This document shows, one piece after another, positions 1-10,544 of a stretch of DNA of 64,000 nucleotides; positions within the stretch are counted from its first letter, which is position 1; the number at the start of each line of letters is the position of its first letter. Under the pieces are notes generated by a model. It had not been told where the DNA came from. It saw nothing but the letters and a program-made list of their open reading frames with translations, and did not search any database. Made by a program: the position numbers and the translations under genes. The DNA is from an uncultured bacterium. GTDB taxonomy: Bacteria; Gemmatimonadota; Gemmatimonadetes; Longimicrobiales; RSA9. Where the stretch lies: positions 69,243 through 133,242 of the forward strand of contig CALCID010000119.1 of the NCBI GenBank assembly GCA_937907535.1, read 5' to 3'.

Positions 1-1499
1 CGCGGCCGGGCGCCCACGCAGACCAGGTTCCGGGCGGCCTCGGCCACGGCGATCATGGCGCCGCGCCGCGGGTTCAGGTACACGTACCGGCCGTTGCAGT
101 CCACGGTGGCGGCCACGCCGCGACGCGTGCCCTCGATCCGCAGCACGCCCGCCGCTCCGCCCGGTTCCTGCACCGTGTTGCCCCGGACCGTGCTGTCGAA
201 CTGGTTGTAGACCCAGGCCTTCGACGCGATGTTCGGCGAGGCGAGCAGCCGCCGGAGCGCAGCGGTGGGATCGGCGAGCGGCCTGGCCCGTTCCGCCTCG
301 TACGGATCCCACGCCCGCAGCGCCTGGATCGTTTCCGATTCCCGGGCCTCGCGCACGTACGTGGGGCACCCCTTCACCAGCGGCTCGCCAGGGATCTCGC
401 AGACGACCACGCCGTTCTCCCGGACCCGGTAAATGCCGTCATCCGTGACGCGGCCGATCACCGCCGCCTCCAGCTCCCACTTCTCCAGGATCTTCCGGAC
501 CTCGTCCTCGTGGCCGGCCTTGGCCACCACGAGCATGCGCTCCTGGGACTCGGAGAGGAGGATCTCGTAGGCCGTCATGTCCGGCTCGCGGGTGGGGACG
601 AGCGCCACGTCGATGTCGACGCCCGTCCCGGCCCGCGCCGCCATTTCACTGGACGACGACGCGAGCCCCGCCGCGCCCATGTCCTGGATCCCCACGATGT
701 GGCCGCTGTAGATCAGCTCCAGCGACGCCTCGAGCAGCAGCTTCTCCGTGAACGGGTCGCCGACCTGCACCTGGGGGCGCTTCGCGTCGCTCTCATCGCT
801 CAACTCCTCGCTCGCGAAGGTCGCCCCGTGGATCCCGTCCCGGCCGGTGCGCGCCCCGACCGCGAGGATCGGATTGCCCGGGCCGGACGCCGTTGCGCGG
901 ATCAGCTGCTCCTTCCGCATGAGGCCGAGGGCCATCACGTTGACGAGGGGGTTCCCCTCGTACGCCTCCTCGAAGAAGACCTCGCCCCCGATGTTCGGAA
1001 TCCCCACGCAGTTCCCGTAGTCGCCCGCGCCCCGGACCGCGCCGGAGAAGAGGTAGCGGACCCGCGGGCTCGTGGGCTGCCCGAAGCGCAGCGAATCCAG
1101 CACTGCGATCGGCCGGGCGCCCATGGTGAAGACGTCCCGCAGGATCCCGCCCACCCCCGTGGCCGCACCCTGGTACGGCTCGACCGCCGACGGATGGTTG
1201 TGGGACTCGATCTTGAACGCGAGCGCGAAGCCGTCCCCGATGTCAATGACGCCGGCGTTCTCGCCCGGCCCCTGGAGGACCCAGGGCGCTTCCGTCGGGA
1301 GCAGGCGCAGGAGCGGCTTCGAGTTCTTGTATCCGCAGTGCTCCGACCAGAGCGCGCTGAAGACGCCGAGCTCGGTGAAGGTGGGGGCACGGCCCAGGAT
1401 TTCGACGATGCGCTGGTATTCCTCTTCGCTCAGACCGTGCTCGGCCACGAGCTCGGGCGTGATCTCCGGTTCTTTGCGTGGTATGTTCGCAGTTGCCAC
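1..1499 (-). CDS. purL: Phosphoribosylformylglycinamidine synthase subunit PurL (FGAM synthase II); 3' end runs off the window
   Basis: My translation of the minus strand from GTG at 1499 (GAGGGA SD-like motif upstream) gives [84 protein letters not shown].., typical PurL motifs. It is not in the ORF track because no stop lies inside the window. Confidence 0.9.
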   Translation of the reverse strand, partial: MATANIPRKEPEITPELVAEHGLSEEEYQRIVEILGRAPTFTELGVFSALWSEHCGYKNSKPLLRLLPTEAPWVLQGPGENAGVIDIGDGFALAFKIESHNHPSAVEPYQGAATGVGGILRDVFTMGARPIAVLDSLRFGQPTSPRVRYLFSGAVRGAGDYGNCVGIPNIGGEVFFEEAYEGNPLVNVMALGLMRKEQLIRATASGPGNPILAVGARTGRDGIHGATFASEELSDESDAKRPQVQVGDPFTEKLLLEASLELIYSGHIVGIQDMGAAGLASSSSEMAARAGTGVDIDVALVPTREPDMTAYEILLSESQERMLVVAKAGHEDEVRKILEKWELEAAVIGRVTDDGIYRVRENGVVVCEIPGEPLVKGCPTYVREARESETIQALRAWDPYEAERARPLADPTAALRRLLASPNIASKAWVYNQFDSTVRGNTVQEPGGAAGVLRIEGTRRGVAATVDCNGRYVYLNPRRGAMIAVAEAARNLVCVGARP

Positions 1500-1634
1500 T
1501 ATCCCTCAACTCCCGTGTGGTCGTAAGCCGTTGGCACCCGACGGCGCGGTCGGCATCCGATGCCGCGGCCTCTGCGTGATCGCGGATGGCCCACAGCAGC
1601 CAGGCCGATGTTCCCGTATCGGTGGCGCCCGCGG

Positions 1635-2354
1635 TCAGCCCGCGATCGCCGCGCCGAGCGGCGTGCCCTGGATCGCGGCGAGGATCGACTCGAAGATCCC
1701 GCGTCCGTCGGTCGAGCCGAGCAGCGCCGAGACCGCCCGCTCGGGGTGCGGCATGAGCCCGAGGACGTTGCCGCGTTCGTTGATGATCCCGGCGATGTTC
1801 CGCATGGAGCCGTTCAGGTTCGCCTCGTCCGTGGCCTCGCCGTTCGCGTCCACGTAGCGGAACACCACCCGCCCCTCCGCCTCCAGCGCCTCCAGCGTCG
1901 CCGCATCGGCCACGTAATTGCCTTCGCCGTGCGCGATCGGGAGCCGCAGCACCTGGCCCTCGGTGTACGCCGAGGTGAACATCGTGCCGGCGTTCTCGAC
2001 GCGGACGAACACGTCCAGCCCCAGGAACTTGAGCGTCCGGTTCCGCACCAGCGCGCCGGGCAGCAGCCCGGCCTCGCACAGGATGTGGAAACCGTTGCAG
2101 ATCCCCAGCACCGGCCGCCCCGCCTTCGCGTACCGGACGACCTCCTCCATGATCGGGCTGAACCGCGCGATGGCGCCCGGACGCAGGTAGTCCCCGTAGC
2201 TGAAGCCGCCCGGCAGGATCACCAGGTCGGGATTACCCAGGTCGCGCTCACGGTGCCAGATGAGCTTCGCGTCCGCGTGCAGCACCTCCGTGGCCGCCCG
2301 GTAGCAGTCGTGATCGCAGTTGGACCCGGGGAACGTTACGATCGCTACGCGCAT
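1635..2354 (-). CDS. purQ: Phosphoribosylformylglycinamidine synthase subunit PurQ (glutaminase)
   Basis: 239 aa ORF: [51 protein letters not shown]. This is the class-I amidotransferase Cys-His triad context. It sits next to purS and purL. Confidence 0.93.
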   Translation of the reverse strand: MRVAIVTFPGSNCDHDCYRAATEVLHADAKLIWHRERDLGNPDLVILPGGFSYGDYLRPGAIARFSPIMEEVVRYAKAGRPVLGICNGFHILCEAGLLPGALVRNRTLKFLGLDVFVRVENAGTMFTSAYTEGQVLRLPIAHGEGNYVADAATLEALEAEGRVVFRYVDANGEATDEANLNGSMRNIAGIINERGNVLGLMPHPERAVSALLGSTDGRGIFESILAAIQGTPLGAAIAG

Positions 2355-2355
2355 G

Positions 2356-2613
2356 TCAGCTTATGTTCTCCAGTTCGAGCTCGTATTCCTCGGTGACCGG
2401 GTTCGCGAGGAGGCGCCGGCACATCTCGTCCGCCCGCTCACGCGCGACCTCCATGTTCGGCGCCAGGATGCGCAGCCGGATCAGCCGCCCGACCTTCACG
2501 TCCGCGACCTCATCGAAATCCAGGGACCGCAACGCGTTGAGCACGACCTTGCCCTGCGGGTCGAGCAGGCCCTCACGCGGCGTAATGCTCACATCGATCA
2601 CGTATTCGTTCAC
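2356..2613 (-). CDS. purS: Phosphoribosylformylglycinamidine synthase subunit PurS
   Basis: 85 aa ORF with [30 protein letters not shown] start at 2613. Its stop lies 1 nt before the purQ ATG. Confidence 0.88.
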   Translation of the reverse strand: MNEYVIDVSITPREGLLDPQGKVVLNALRSLDFDEVADVKVGRLIRLRILAPNMEVARERADEMCRRLLANPVTEEYELELENIS

Positions 2614-3521
2614 TCAGGAACCTCCTCGTTGCTGCGGGCGCCGCCGTCGGCGCCACGCGCGCGTTTCGACCGTGCCCGCTTGCGGCGCAACGGTCTCCAG
2701 GGCCGCTGCCGCGGCGACAGATCCTCGTAGTCGATGACCCTCCGCTCTTCGTCCGCCTCGTCCACCTGGTCGCTGTCGAGCAGCAGGTCGCGCTCCGGCA
2801 GGCGTTCGAAGAAGCCGAGCACGAACGCCTTGACCACGCCGTACGCCACGTACGCCAGGGCGGCCGGGAAGAGGAAGATCGCCGGGACCGTGAAAATGGC
2901 CACGATGGCCGCGATCAGCGCGGCCAGGGTCAGGATCCCCTTGAGCGTGCGGAACCCGAACTTCGGCATGACCGGGTACAGCACGTGGCTGACCATGAGC
3001 GCGCTGAGCAGGATCATCAGCGTGGTCATGAGGACCGGCCAGGGGAACCCGGTCAGGTACGTCTGGAAGAACGGGGTCTGGCTGAACGGATAGAAGGTCG
3101 CGAGCGTGACGCCCGCCGCGGGCGAAGGCAGGCCGTGGAACGCCACCTTGGCGTGCCCGGCCTGTTCGATGTTGAAGCGGGCGAGGCGCACGACGACGCC
3201 GGTGATGTAGACGAACGCCGCGATCCAGCTCCACGTCCCGTCGGCCAGGAACAGGAAGTACATGATCAGGGCCGGCGCCACGCCGAAGCTGATGGCGTCC
3301 ACCAGGGAGTCGAGCTCGGCCCCGAACCGCGTGCCGGTCTGGGTGACCCGGGCCACGCGCCCGTCGAGGAGGTCGAGGGCGCTGGCGATCACCACGAGCC
3401 ACGCGGCGGTGTTGTACTGCCCCCGGGCCGCGGACACCACGGCCCACACCCCGAAGAAGAGGTTCCCGAGCGTCAGCGCGCTCGGCAGGATGATCACGCC
3501 GCGCTGGAGCCGGGTGCTCAC
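2610..3521 (-). CDS. pssA: CDP-diacylglycerol--serine O-phosphatidyltransferase (CDP-alcohol phosphatidyltransferase family)
   Basis: Motif ALDLLDGRVARVTQTGTRFGAELDSLVDAISFGVAP matches D-x2-DG-x2-AR-x8-G-x3-D-x3-D, and there are multiple TM helices. I chose GTG 3521 (GGAGG 6 nt upstream), although the ORF stays open to 3638. The stop overlaps the purS GTG (GTGA). Confidence 0.8.
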   Translation of the reverse strand: MSTRLQRGVIILPSALTLGNLFFGVWAVVSAARGQYNTAAWLVVIASALDLLDGRVARVTQTGTRFGAELDSLVDAISFGVAPALIMYFLFLADGTWSWIAAFVYITGVVVRLARFNIEQAGHAKVAFHGLPSPAAGVTLATFYPFSQTPFFQTYLTGFPWPVLMTTLMILLSALMVSHVLYPVMPKFGFRTLKGILTLAALIAAIVAIFTVPAIFLFPAALAYVAYGVVKAFVLGFFERLPERDLLLDSDQVDEADEERRVIDYEDLSPRQRPWRPLRRKRARSKRARGADGGARSNEEVPE

Positions 3522-3573
3522 GTTCGGCCTCCGGTGTCTTGCTCGCCGCGAGCGCGGCGCCGCATGGGGGTCG

Positions 3574-4548
3574 TCACGTACCGATCCTGCGTTCCGTCGT
3601 TGGGGGTGCACGCCCCGGGCCCCGAACCGGGAATTCATCCAGGTGGTACCCCGTCAGGCGCTGAAATACTCCCAGGTAGCGTTGCGACGTCGCGTCGACG
3701 ACCTCCTGCGGCAGCGGCGGCGCCGGTGGCTCGCGGTTCCAGCGTCCCTCGGCGACGAGGGAATCGAGGTAGTCCCGAACCGGCTGCTTGTCCAGCGAAG
3801 GCTGCGGCCGGCCGGGGACGTAGCTCTCCCGCGGCCAGAATCGGGACGAGTCCGGGGTCAGCACCTCGTCGATCAGGAGGAGCGTGCCGTCCGCGGCGTG
3901 CCCGAACTCGAACTTCGTGTCCGCAATGATGATGTCCGCCTCGGCCGCGATGATCTGGCCTCGCTCGTAGAGCGCGAGGCTCAGGCGACGGAGGGTGCTG
4001 GCGAGCGCGTCGCCGAACCGCTCCCGCACGGCGTCGAACGTGATGTTCTCGTCGTGGCCCTCCTCGGCCTTGGTGGCCGGGGAGAAGATCGGCGTGTCGA
4101 GGCGCTGGCTCTCGACCAGGCCGGGCGGCAGCGGCTCGCCCGCCAGGGTGCCGCTCCGCCGGTACTCGGCCCAGGCCGAGCCGGAGAGGTAGCCGCGGAC
4201 CACGCATTCGACCGGGATCGGGCGCGTGCGCCGGACCAGCATCGAACGCCGCGCCCAGGTCTCGTACGTGGGGGCGAGGCCGGGCAGGGCCTCGACGATC
4301 TCGTCCGGGTCCGCGGTGATCAGGTGGTTCGGCGTGATGTCCGCGACCCGGGCGAGCCACCACACCGTGATCTGGGTCAGGACTTCCCCCTTGCGGGGGA
4401 TCGGCTCGTTGAGGACCACATCGAACGCGCTGATGCGGTCCGTGGCGACGATGAGCAGCCGGTCATCGCCGGCGTCGTACACGTCCCGGACCTTGCCTCG
4501 CGCGACGAGCGGCAGGTCCAGGTTCGTGGTCTTGACCGCGGCAGACAT
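3574..4548 (-). CDS. purC: Phosphoribosylaminoimidazole-succinocarboxamide synthase (SAICAR synthase)
   Basis: 324 aa ORF: GKVRDVYD..LLIVATDRISAFD..IIADTKFEFG..LIDEVLTPDSSRFW. Confidence 0.92.
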   Translation of the reverse strand: MSAAVKTTNLDLPLVARGKVRDVYDAGDDRLLIVATDRISAFDVVLNEPIPRKGEVLTQITVWWLARVADITPNHLITADPDEIVEALPGLAPTYETWARRSMLVRRTRPIPVECVVRGYLSGSAWAEYRRSGTLAGEPLPPGLVESQRLDTPIFSPATKAEEGHDENITFDAVRERFGDALASTLRRLSLALYERGQIIAAEADIIIADTKFEFGHAADGTLLLIDEVLTPDSSRFWPRESYVPGRPQPSLDKQPVRDYLDSLVAEGRWNREPPAPPLPQEVVDATSQRYLGVFQRLTGYHLDEFPVRGPGRAPPTTERRIGT

Positions 4549-4552
4549 GGAT

Positions 4553-6067
4553 TCAGGCCCTCAGTTCCGGAGATTCGGCGCCCGTTCCGAGGCGGGCGAG
4601 GATCGGCTCGACGACCTCGGCGAGGAATTCGTCCACCTGTTGGGGCGCACGCCCGATGTGCCTGGCCGGGTCCAGCGTTTCCCGGACCTCGTCCGGCGAG
4701 AGGCGGAAGCCGGGGTCGTTGAGGATCCGCTCCGCGAGGTCGTTCGCTTCGCCCTGCTTGAGCCGCTCGGCCGCGGCGACGGCGTGCCGGCGGATCCGCT
4801 CGTGGAGCTCCTGCCGGTCGCCGCCCGCCCGGGTGGCGCGCATCAGGATCGCCTCGGTGGCCATGAAGGGCAGCTCCTCCTCGAGGCGGCGCCGGATCAC
4901 GGCCGGCCGCACGACCAGGCCGGAGGCCACGTTGTGGACCAGGAGCAGCGTCGCGTCGGTGGCCAGGTACGCCTCGGGGATGGCGATACGCCGGTTCGCC
5001 GAGTCATCGAGGGTGCGTTCGAGCCACTGGGTGGCCGCGGTGAACGCCGGATCGATGGTGAGGGCGATCACGTGCCGGGCCAGGGCGGTGATCCGCTCGG
5101 CGCGCATGGGGTTCCGCTTGTAGGCCATGGCCGAGGAGCCGATCTGCTCCTCCTCGAACGGCTCCTCCACCTCCCGCAGGTGCTGGAGGAGGCGGATGTC
5201 GTGGCCGAACTTGCTGGCGGAGGTGGCGATGCCCGCCAGCGCGGCGAGCATCGCGTAGTCGACCTTGCGCGGATACGTCTGGCCGGTCACGTAGAAGAGC
5301 CGGTCGAAGCCCATCTTCGCGGCCACGCGCCGGTTCAGCTCCTGGACGCGCGCATGGTCGCCGTCGAACAGCTCGAGGAAGGAGGCCTCGGTGCCGGTGG
5401 TGCCGCGCACGCCGCGGAAGCGGAGCGTGTCCAGCCGGTGCTCGACCTCTTCGAGATCGAGGACCAGGTCCTGGAGCCAGAGGGTGGCCCGCTTGCCGAC
5501 CGTCGTTGGCTGCGCCGGCTGGAAGTGCGTGAACCCGAGGGTGGGGAGGTCCCGGTAGCGGCGCGCGAAGTCCGCGAGCGCGGCAATGCAGGCCACGAGC
5601 CGGTCCCGGACCAGGAGCAGCGCTTCCCGGTGCTGGATCAGCTCCGTGTTGTCCGTGACGTACGTGCTGGTGGCGCCCAGGTGGATGATCCCGCGCGCTT
5701 CGGGCGCGACCTCGCCGAAGTGGTGCACGTGCGCCATCACGTCATGCCGGAACCGGCGCTCCAGCTCCGCGGCGCGCTTCAGGTCGATGACGTCCAGCCG
5801 CTCGCGCATTTGCGCCAGCGCTTCCGCCGGAATGGGCAGGCCGAGCTCGTGCTCGGCCTCCGCGAGCGCCAGCCAGAGCCGGCGCCAGGTCCCGAATTTG
5901 AACGCCGGCGAGAAGATGCGGCTCATCTCGGCGGACGCGTACCGCTCCACGAGCGGGTTGCGGTACGCGGTGGGCAGGGGCGGCAGGTCCGCCGGCTCCG
6001 ACCCGGCGACCCCGTCCCGTGCGCCCGCCTCGCCGCCCCCCGCCACCTCCGATGGCGCCTCCGTCAT
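4553..6067 (-). CDS. purB: Adenylosuccinate lyase
   Basis: [35 protein letters not shown] (fumarate-lyase signature). ATG 6067 has an AGGAG 5 nt upstream; the ORF is open to 6094. Confidence 0.9.
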   Translation of the reverse strand: MTEAPSEVAGGGEAGARDGVAGSEPADLPPLPTAYRNPLVERYASAEMSRIFSPAFKFGTWRRLWLALAEAEHELGLPIPAEALAQMRERLDVIDLKRAAELERRFRHDVMAHVHHFGEVAPEARGIIHLGATSTYVTDNTELIQHREALLLVRDRLVACIAALADFARRYRDLPTLGFTHFQPAQPTTVGKRATLWLQDLVLDLEEVEHRLDTLRFRGVRGTTGTEASFLELFDGDHARVQELNRRVAAKMGFDRLFYVTGQTYPRKVDYAMLAALAGIATSASKFGHDIRLLQHLREVEEPFEEEQIGSSAMAYKRNPMRAERITALARHVIALTIDPAFTAATQWLERTLDDSANRRIAIPEAYLATDATLLLVHNVASGLVVRPAVIRRRLEEELPFMATEAILMRATRAGGDRQELHERIRRHAVAAAERLKQGEANDLAERILNDPGFRLSPDEVRETLDPARHIGRAPQQVDEFLAEVVEPILARLGTGAESPELRA

Positions 6068-6104
6068 GTTCTCCTCTGGTGTGTTCGAACCCACGCCCGG
6101 CCCC

Positions 6105-7604
6105 TCAACTCGAAATGTAGAAGGACGCCAGCCCGATCTGGCCGTTGCGCTCGAAGATCACGCGCACCGAGCGCCCGGCGAGCCGGCGCAGCAGGCTCGC
6201 GGCCTCCTCCGCCGACCGGATCGGCTGGTTGTTGATCTGCAGGATCAGGTCGCCCTCGCGCAGCCCGATGCGGCGCCCGGCGTCCGAGATCCAGACGATC
6301 AGCGCGCCCTGCTCGTTGACCAGGCCGCGCTCCGCACGGATCGCGGGCGTCAGGGTGATCAGCTCGAAATCCGAGAGCGCCCGGATCCGTTCCGCGCCCA
6401 GGGACGGCAGGTCCCGCGGCACCACGCGGATCACCCGTTCACGGCCGCCGTCGGTCACCACCACGTCCAGCGGTTCGCCGACCCGCGCGTCCAGCGCCAC
6501 CACCTGCCAGTCCAGCAGGTTGCGGATCCTCCGGCCCGCGATCCGGTTCACGACCATGCCCGGCCGGAGCCCCGCCTCCGCGGCCGGCGAGCCGGGCACG
6601 ACCTCGATGACCCGAACCTCGCGCAACCGGTTCCGCCGGGTGCCGTCCGGCCCCTCGATCTCGAACCCGAGCCACGCGCGGCGGACCCGCCCGTGCGCCA
6701 GCAGGTCCTCCACGATCCTCCGCGCCCGGTTGATCGGGATCGCGAAGCCCAGCCCCTGGCTCCCGCCGGTCCCGGAGATGATGGACGAGTTCACGCCCAC
6801 CACCTCGCCCATGGCGTTCACCAGCGCGCCGCCCGAGTTGCCGGGGTTGATGGACGCGTCCGTCTGGATCATGTCCAGGTAGTAGCCGCGCTGCTCATCC
6901 CCGCTGGGGATGATGTTGCGTCCCACCCCGCTCACCACCCCCGCCGTGACCGTCGGCTCCGTGTTCGAGAGCAGGTACCCGAACGGGTTGCCGATGGCCA
7001 CCACCCACTCGCCGATCATCAGGTCGTCCGAGTCGCCGAGCGGCGCCACGGGCAGGTCCCGGGCGTTCGGGATGCGGAGCAGCGCCAGGTCCGTGGCCTC
7101 GTCGGTGCCCACGATCTCGGCATCGAAGTCCCGGCCATCCGGGAGCGTGACCACGACCACCTGCGCGCCGCGGACCACGTGTTCGTTCGTCAGGACCAGC
7201 CCGTCCTCGCGGATGATGACGCCCGAGCCGAGCCCGGCCACCTCCCGCTGCGCGCCGGGCGGGAGGAAGAAGCTCTCGAAGAAGTCCCGCGGCCGCACCG
7301 CCTCCCGCCGGATCACGTTCACGCTGACCACGGAGGGGCCGACCCGCTCCGCCGCCCGCACGATCGCCGTACGGCGGGATTCGGTCACCGGGTCCTGCGC
7401 CGCGCCGGCGCCACTCGCGCCGGACCACCGCGACGACAGCGTCGCCGGCGAGCTGAAGCCCGCCGCCACGACCGACTCCCCGGAGGCCTTCACGGGCTCC
7501 GTCTGCGCGTTCTCCGGCGCGCCCTCCAGCGCGCACGCGCCCGCCGCCACGGCCGCCAGCAGCGCGGCTCCCAAACGGCTACGGTCCAGCGAGAACACGC
7601 CCAT
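6105..7604 (-). CDS. htrA: HtrA/DegP-family periplasmic serine endoprotease with two PDZ-like regions
   Basis: Catalytic triad contexts [15 protein letters not shown] and [11 protein letters not shown]. There is an N-terminal hydrophobic signal and two C-terminal PDZ-like segments. Confidence 0.9.
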   Translation of the reverse strand: MGVFSLDRSRLGAALLAAVAAGACALEGAPENAQTEPVKASGESVVAAGFSSPATLSSRWSGASGAGAAQDPVTESRRTAIVRAAERVGPSVVSVNVIRREAVRPRDFFESFFLPPGAQREVAGLGSGVIIREDGLVLTNEHVVRGAQVVVVTLPDGRDFDAEIVGTDEATDLALLRIPNARDLPVAPLGDSDDLMIGEWVVAIGNPFGYLLSNTEPTVTAGVVSGVGRNIIPSGDEQRGYYLDMIQTDASINPGNSGGALVNAMGEVVGVNSSIISGTGGSQGLGFAIPINRARRIVEDLLAHGRVRRAWLGFEIEGPDGTRRNRLREVRVIEVVPGSPAAEAGLRPGMVVNRIAGRRIRNLLDWQVVALDARVGEPLDVVVTDGGRERVIRVVPRDLPSLGAERIRALSDFELITLTPAIRAERGLVNEQGALIVWISDAGRRIGLREGDLILQINNQPIRSAEEAASLLRRLAGRSVRVIFERNGQIGLASFYISS

Positions 7605-7615
7605 GGATCGAGTCC

Positions 7616-8287
7616 TCAGCCGATGTTGCGCGCCCGCTGCGGGAGTTTCTCCCAGTCCGCCAGGAACGCCGCCAGCCCCTTGTCAGTGAGCGGGTGGTTC
7701 AACAGCGGCCACAGGACCTTGGGCGGCAGCGTCACCACGTCCGCGCCGATGAGCGCGGACTCCACCACGTGGCCCGGGTGCCGGCACGACGCCACCAGCA
7801 CCTCCGTGTCGAACCCGTAGTTCTCGTAGATGGCGCACACCTGGCGGATCAGCTCCATACCGTCCCCGGACACGTCATCGATCCGGCCCACGAACGGCGA
7901 GATGAACGTGGCGCCCGCCTTGGCGGCGAGGAGCGCCTGGCTCGGGGAGAAGCAGAGCGTCACGTTGACGCCGATCCCCTCGGCCCGGAGCCCGCGACAG
8001 GTCCGCAGCCCGGCCTCGGTGAGCGGGACCTTGACCACGATGTTGTCCGCGATCTTCGCCAGCTCGCGCCCCTCCCGGAGCATGGCATCGGCGTCGGTGG
8101 CCACGACCTCGGCGCTGACCGGACCGTCGACGGTCCGGCAGATCTGCAAGAGGATCTCGCGCGGGTCGCCATCCTCGCCGACCGCCCTGGCGAGCAGGGA
8201 AGGGTTCGTCGTCACCCCGTCGATCAGGCCCGCGGACGCGGCACGCTCGATCTCCGCCAGGTCCGCCGTGTCAAGGAAGATCTTCAT
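7616..8287 (-). CDS. tal: Short transaldolase / fructose-6-phosphate aldolase family protein
   Basis: From the internal ATG 8287: [53 protein letters not shown]. The upstream part of ORF 7616..8458 is Arg-rich and overlaps truA. Confidence 0.88.
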   Translation of the reverse strand: MKIFLDTADLAEIERAASAGLIDGVTTNPSLLARAVGEDGDPREILLQICRTVDGPVSAEVVATDADAMLREGRELAKIADNIVVKVPLTEAGLRTCRGLRAEGIGVNVTLCFSPSQALLAAKAGATFISPFVGRIDDVSGDGMELIRQVCAIYENYGFDTEVLVASCRHPGHVVESALIGADVVTLPPKVLWPLLNHPLTDKGLAAFLADWEKLPQRARNIG

Positions 8288-9071
8288 CCGTGAATCCCTC
8301 GCTTGCGATTGCGCTTTCCAGGTCCGGCGCGTCGTCCGGGTACAGCACGCGCGTGAGGAAGAGGCCCTGCGGCGGCGCGGGAGGCGACGTCTCGAGCCCC
8401 GGCTCGCCGGCGAGGAGCCCCGCCATGTCCGTGACCGGCCGCCGCCCGCGGGCCACATCGACCATCGTGCCGACCAGATATCTTACCATGTGGTGCAGAA
8501 AACGATTCGCGGTCACATGGAACTGCACGCCGACCCGGTCCCAGGACGTCCAGCGTGCATTGTACACCACGCAGCGGGTGCCACGTTCGGGCTGGCCCGA
8601 TTTCGCGAAGGCGGCGAACGAATGGTCGCCGATGATCATGGCCGCGGCTTCGTTCAGGACGGCCAGGTCCAGGGGCTCCGCCAGCGGCCAGCACCAGTGG
8701 CGGCGGAACGGGGACCTGGAGGCGTCCGCGGTGCCGACCCGGTAGACGTAGCTCCTGGCCACGGCATCGTAGCGCGCGTGGAAGTCGGCCGGCGCCTCGA
8801 CCGCCGCGGCGATCCACACGTCGTGGGGGAGGATCGCGTTGAGCGAGCGCCGCAGCGCCTGCGGCGTCCAGCGTGCCGGCACCCTCGCGCCCACGACCTG
8901 GCCGATGGCGTGTACGCCGCGGTCCGTCCGCCCCGCGGCGATCACGGTGACCGGCTCGTTCGCCAGGCGGGAGAGCGCCTTCTCCAGCTCGTCCTGGACG
9001 GTCCGGACACCCGGCTGGATCTGCCAGCCGAAGAAGCCGGCGCCGTCGTACTCGACGGTGAGCTTGACCAT
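8271..9071 (-). CDS. truA: tRNA pseudouridine(38-40) synthase TruA
   Basis: From ATG 9071: [42 protein letters not shown]. It overlaps the tal start by 17 nt. Confidence 0.9.
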   Translation of the reverse strand: MVKLTVEYDGAGFFGWQIQPGVRTVQDELEKALSRLANEPVTVIAAGRTDRGVHAIGQVVGARVPARWTPQALRRSLNAILPHDVWIAAAVEAPADFHARYDAVARSYVYRVGTADASRSPFRRHWCWPLAEPLDLAVLNEAAAMIIGDHSFAAFAKSGQPERGTRCVVYNARWTSWDRVGVQFHVTANRFLHHMVRYLVGTMVDVARGRRPVTDMAGLLAGEPGLETSPPAPPQGLFLTRVLYPDDAPDLESAIASEGFTDEDLP

Positions 9072-9255
9072 CCGATGAGCAGGGGGCGACACGGGGGCGA
9101 AAGGTACGCGGACGGGCCGGAGTGTCAAGCGGACCCCGGGCGTCGCGCGGCGACGCGTGGCCCGCGCCGCTGGAACCGCCGCCCGCGGCTCGCGGGTACA
9201 CACGCAGGACCGACGCACGACCCTGGCCGAAGGGAGATCTTCGCAGTATTCCGGC

Positions 9256-10344
9256 ATGTTCAACGGAAGCGGTATCCGCTCGCGTGATGGGCGCGCAGAG
9301 GACCCTCGGAGCGCCGCCCGGGAGCCACGGGCGAGCCCGGCCCACCACGGGCCGGACGGTGGGTTCAGGAACCCGGGCCTCGAATGGCCCCGGGCTTCGG
9401 GCGGCGCCGTGCTGCGCTGGCAATGGGAGCGCCTGAGGCGTGGGGTGCCGCCGAACCCGGCGCCGCACGCGTTGCCGGTGGTTCCGGGCGACGTCGCCTA
9501 TCCCCGCGCCGCGCGCGGCGAGCTCCGCATCACGTGGGTCGGCCACTCCACGTTCCTGATCCAGCTCGGTGGGCTCAACCTGCTCACCGATCCGATCTGG
9601 AGCCGGCGCGCTTCGCCGGTGCAGTGGGCGGGGCCGGCGCGCCTGGTGCCGCCGGGGCTGCCGTTCGACCAGCTGCCGCCGGTGGACGCGGTCCTGGTGT
9701 CCCACGACCACTTCGACCACCTGGACCGGCCCACGGTAGTGCGGCTGCGGCGAACGTTCGGCGACGCGCCGCGCTGGGTCACGCCGCTCGGGTACCGGCC
9801 GTGGCTGGCCCGGATCGGCGTGCGGAACGTGGCGGAACTGGACTGGTGGCAGTCGACGTCGATCGAAACGTCGGCCGGCGCGCTCCGGGTCACCGCGCTC
9901 CCGGCCCAGCACTGGTCCCGCCGCAGCCTGGTCGGCGACGGCCGGCGCCTGTGGGCATCCTACGCCGTGGAGACGCCGGACGGCTTCCGACTCTACTTCG
10001 GAGGGGACACGGGGTACTTCGGGGGATTCGCCGAGATCGGGAGCCGGCTCGGGCCGTTCGACGCGGTCATCCTGCCGATCGGCGCGTACGAGCCCCGGTG
10101 GTTCATGCGCCCCGTGCACATGGACCCGGGTGACGCGGTGCGGGCGTACCAGGACCTCGGCGGGCGGGGCGCGTTCGTGCCCATGCACTGGGGCACCTTC
10201 CGCCTGAGCGATGAGGACCCGCTGGAGCCGCCGCAGCGTCTTGCCGCCGCCTGGCGGGAGGCCGGGCTCCCCGCCGAGGATCTCTGGATCCTGCGGCACG
10301 GCGAGACGCGCCTGGCATCGACGGCCGGACGCCCCGGGGAGTGA
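9256..10344 (+). CDS. MBL-fold metallo-hydrolase (NAPE-PLD-like)
   Basis: ITWVGHSTFLIQLGG..LTDPIW..VLVSHDHFDHLD..MHWGTFRL. Start taken at ATG 9256; the ORF is open from 9157. Confidence 0.75.
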   Translation: MFNGSGIRSRDGRAEDPRSAAREPRASPAHHGPDGGFRNPGLEWPRASGGAVLRWQWERLRRGVPPNPAPHALPVVPGDVAYPRAARGELRITWVGHSTFLIQLGGLNLLTDPIWSRRASPVQWAGPARLVPPGLPFDQLPPVDAVLVSHDHFDHLDRPTVVRLRRTFGDAPRWVTPLGYRPWLARIGVRNVAELDWWQSTSIETSAGALRVTALPAQHWSRRSLVGDGRRLWASYAVETPDGFRLYFGGDTGYFGGFAEIGSRLGPFDAVILPIGAYEPRWFMRPVHMDPGDAVRAYQDLGGRGAFVPMHWGTFRLSDEDPLEPPQRLAAAWREAGLPAEDLWILRHGETRLASTAGRPGE

Positions 10345-10544
10345 CGGGCACGGGGCGGCGCCCGGGCCCCGGCTCCGCCGCGGCGAATCCGGCCCGGACT
10401 CCGAGCCCGGCGTCGCATCGGGGTCGGCTCCTCCCACCCCTCGCAGCCGCCCGCCTCCGATTCTCTCCGCTGAGTTGCCCTTTCGCTCGCCCGAGCGTCA
10501 TCATTGGGGAGCCGTCGGGTGAGTCCAGCTCTGGAGGGGCCATA

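Noticed and set aside
510-1526. 338-aa plus-strand ORF, and similar long Arg/Pro/Gly-rich ORFs (e.g. 8284..10437 -, 12571..13995 +, 19890..21686 -, 40901..42790 -, 44359..47193 -, 55534..58092 -)
   Set aside because: Each lies antisense to, or out of frame with, a gene that has clear family motifs. Their translations are low-complexity R/P/G/A strings, as expected for open frames in ~70% GC DNA.
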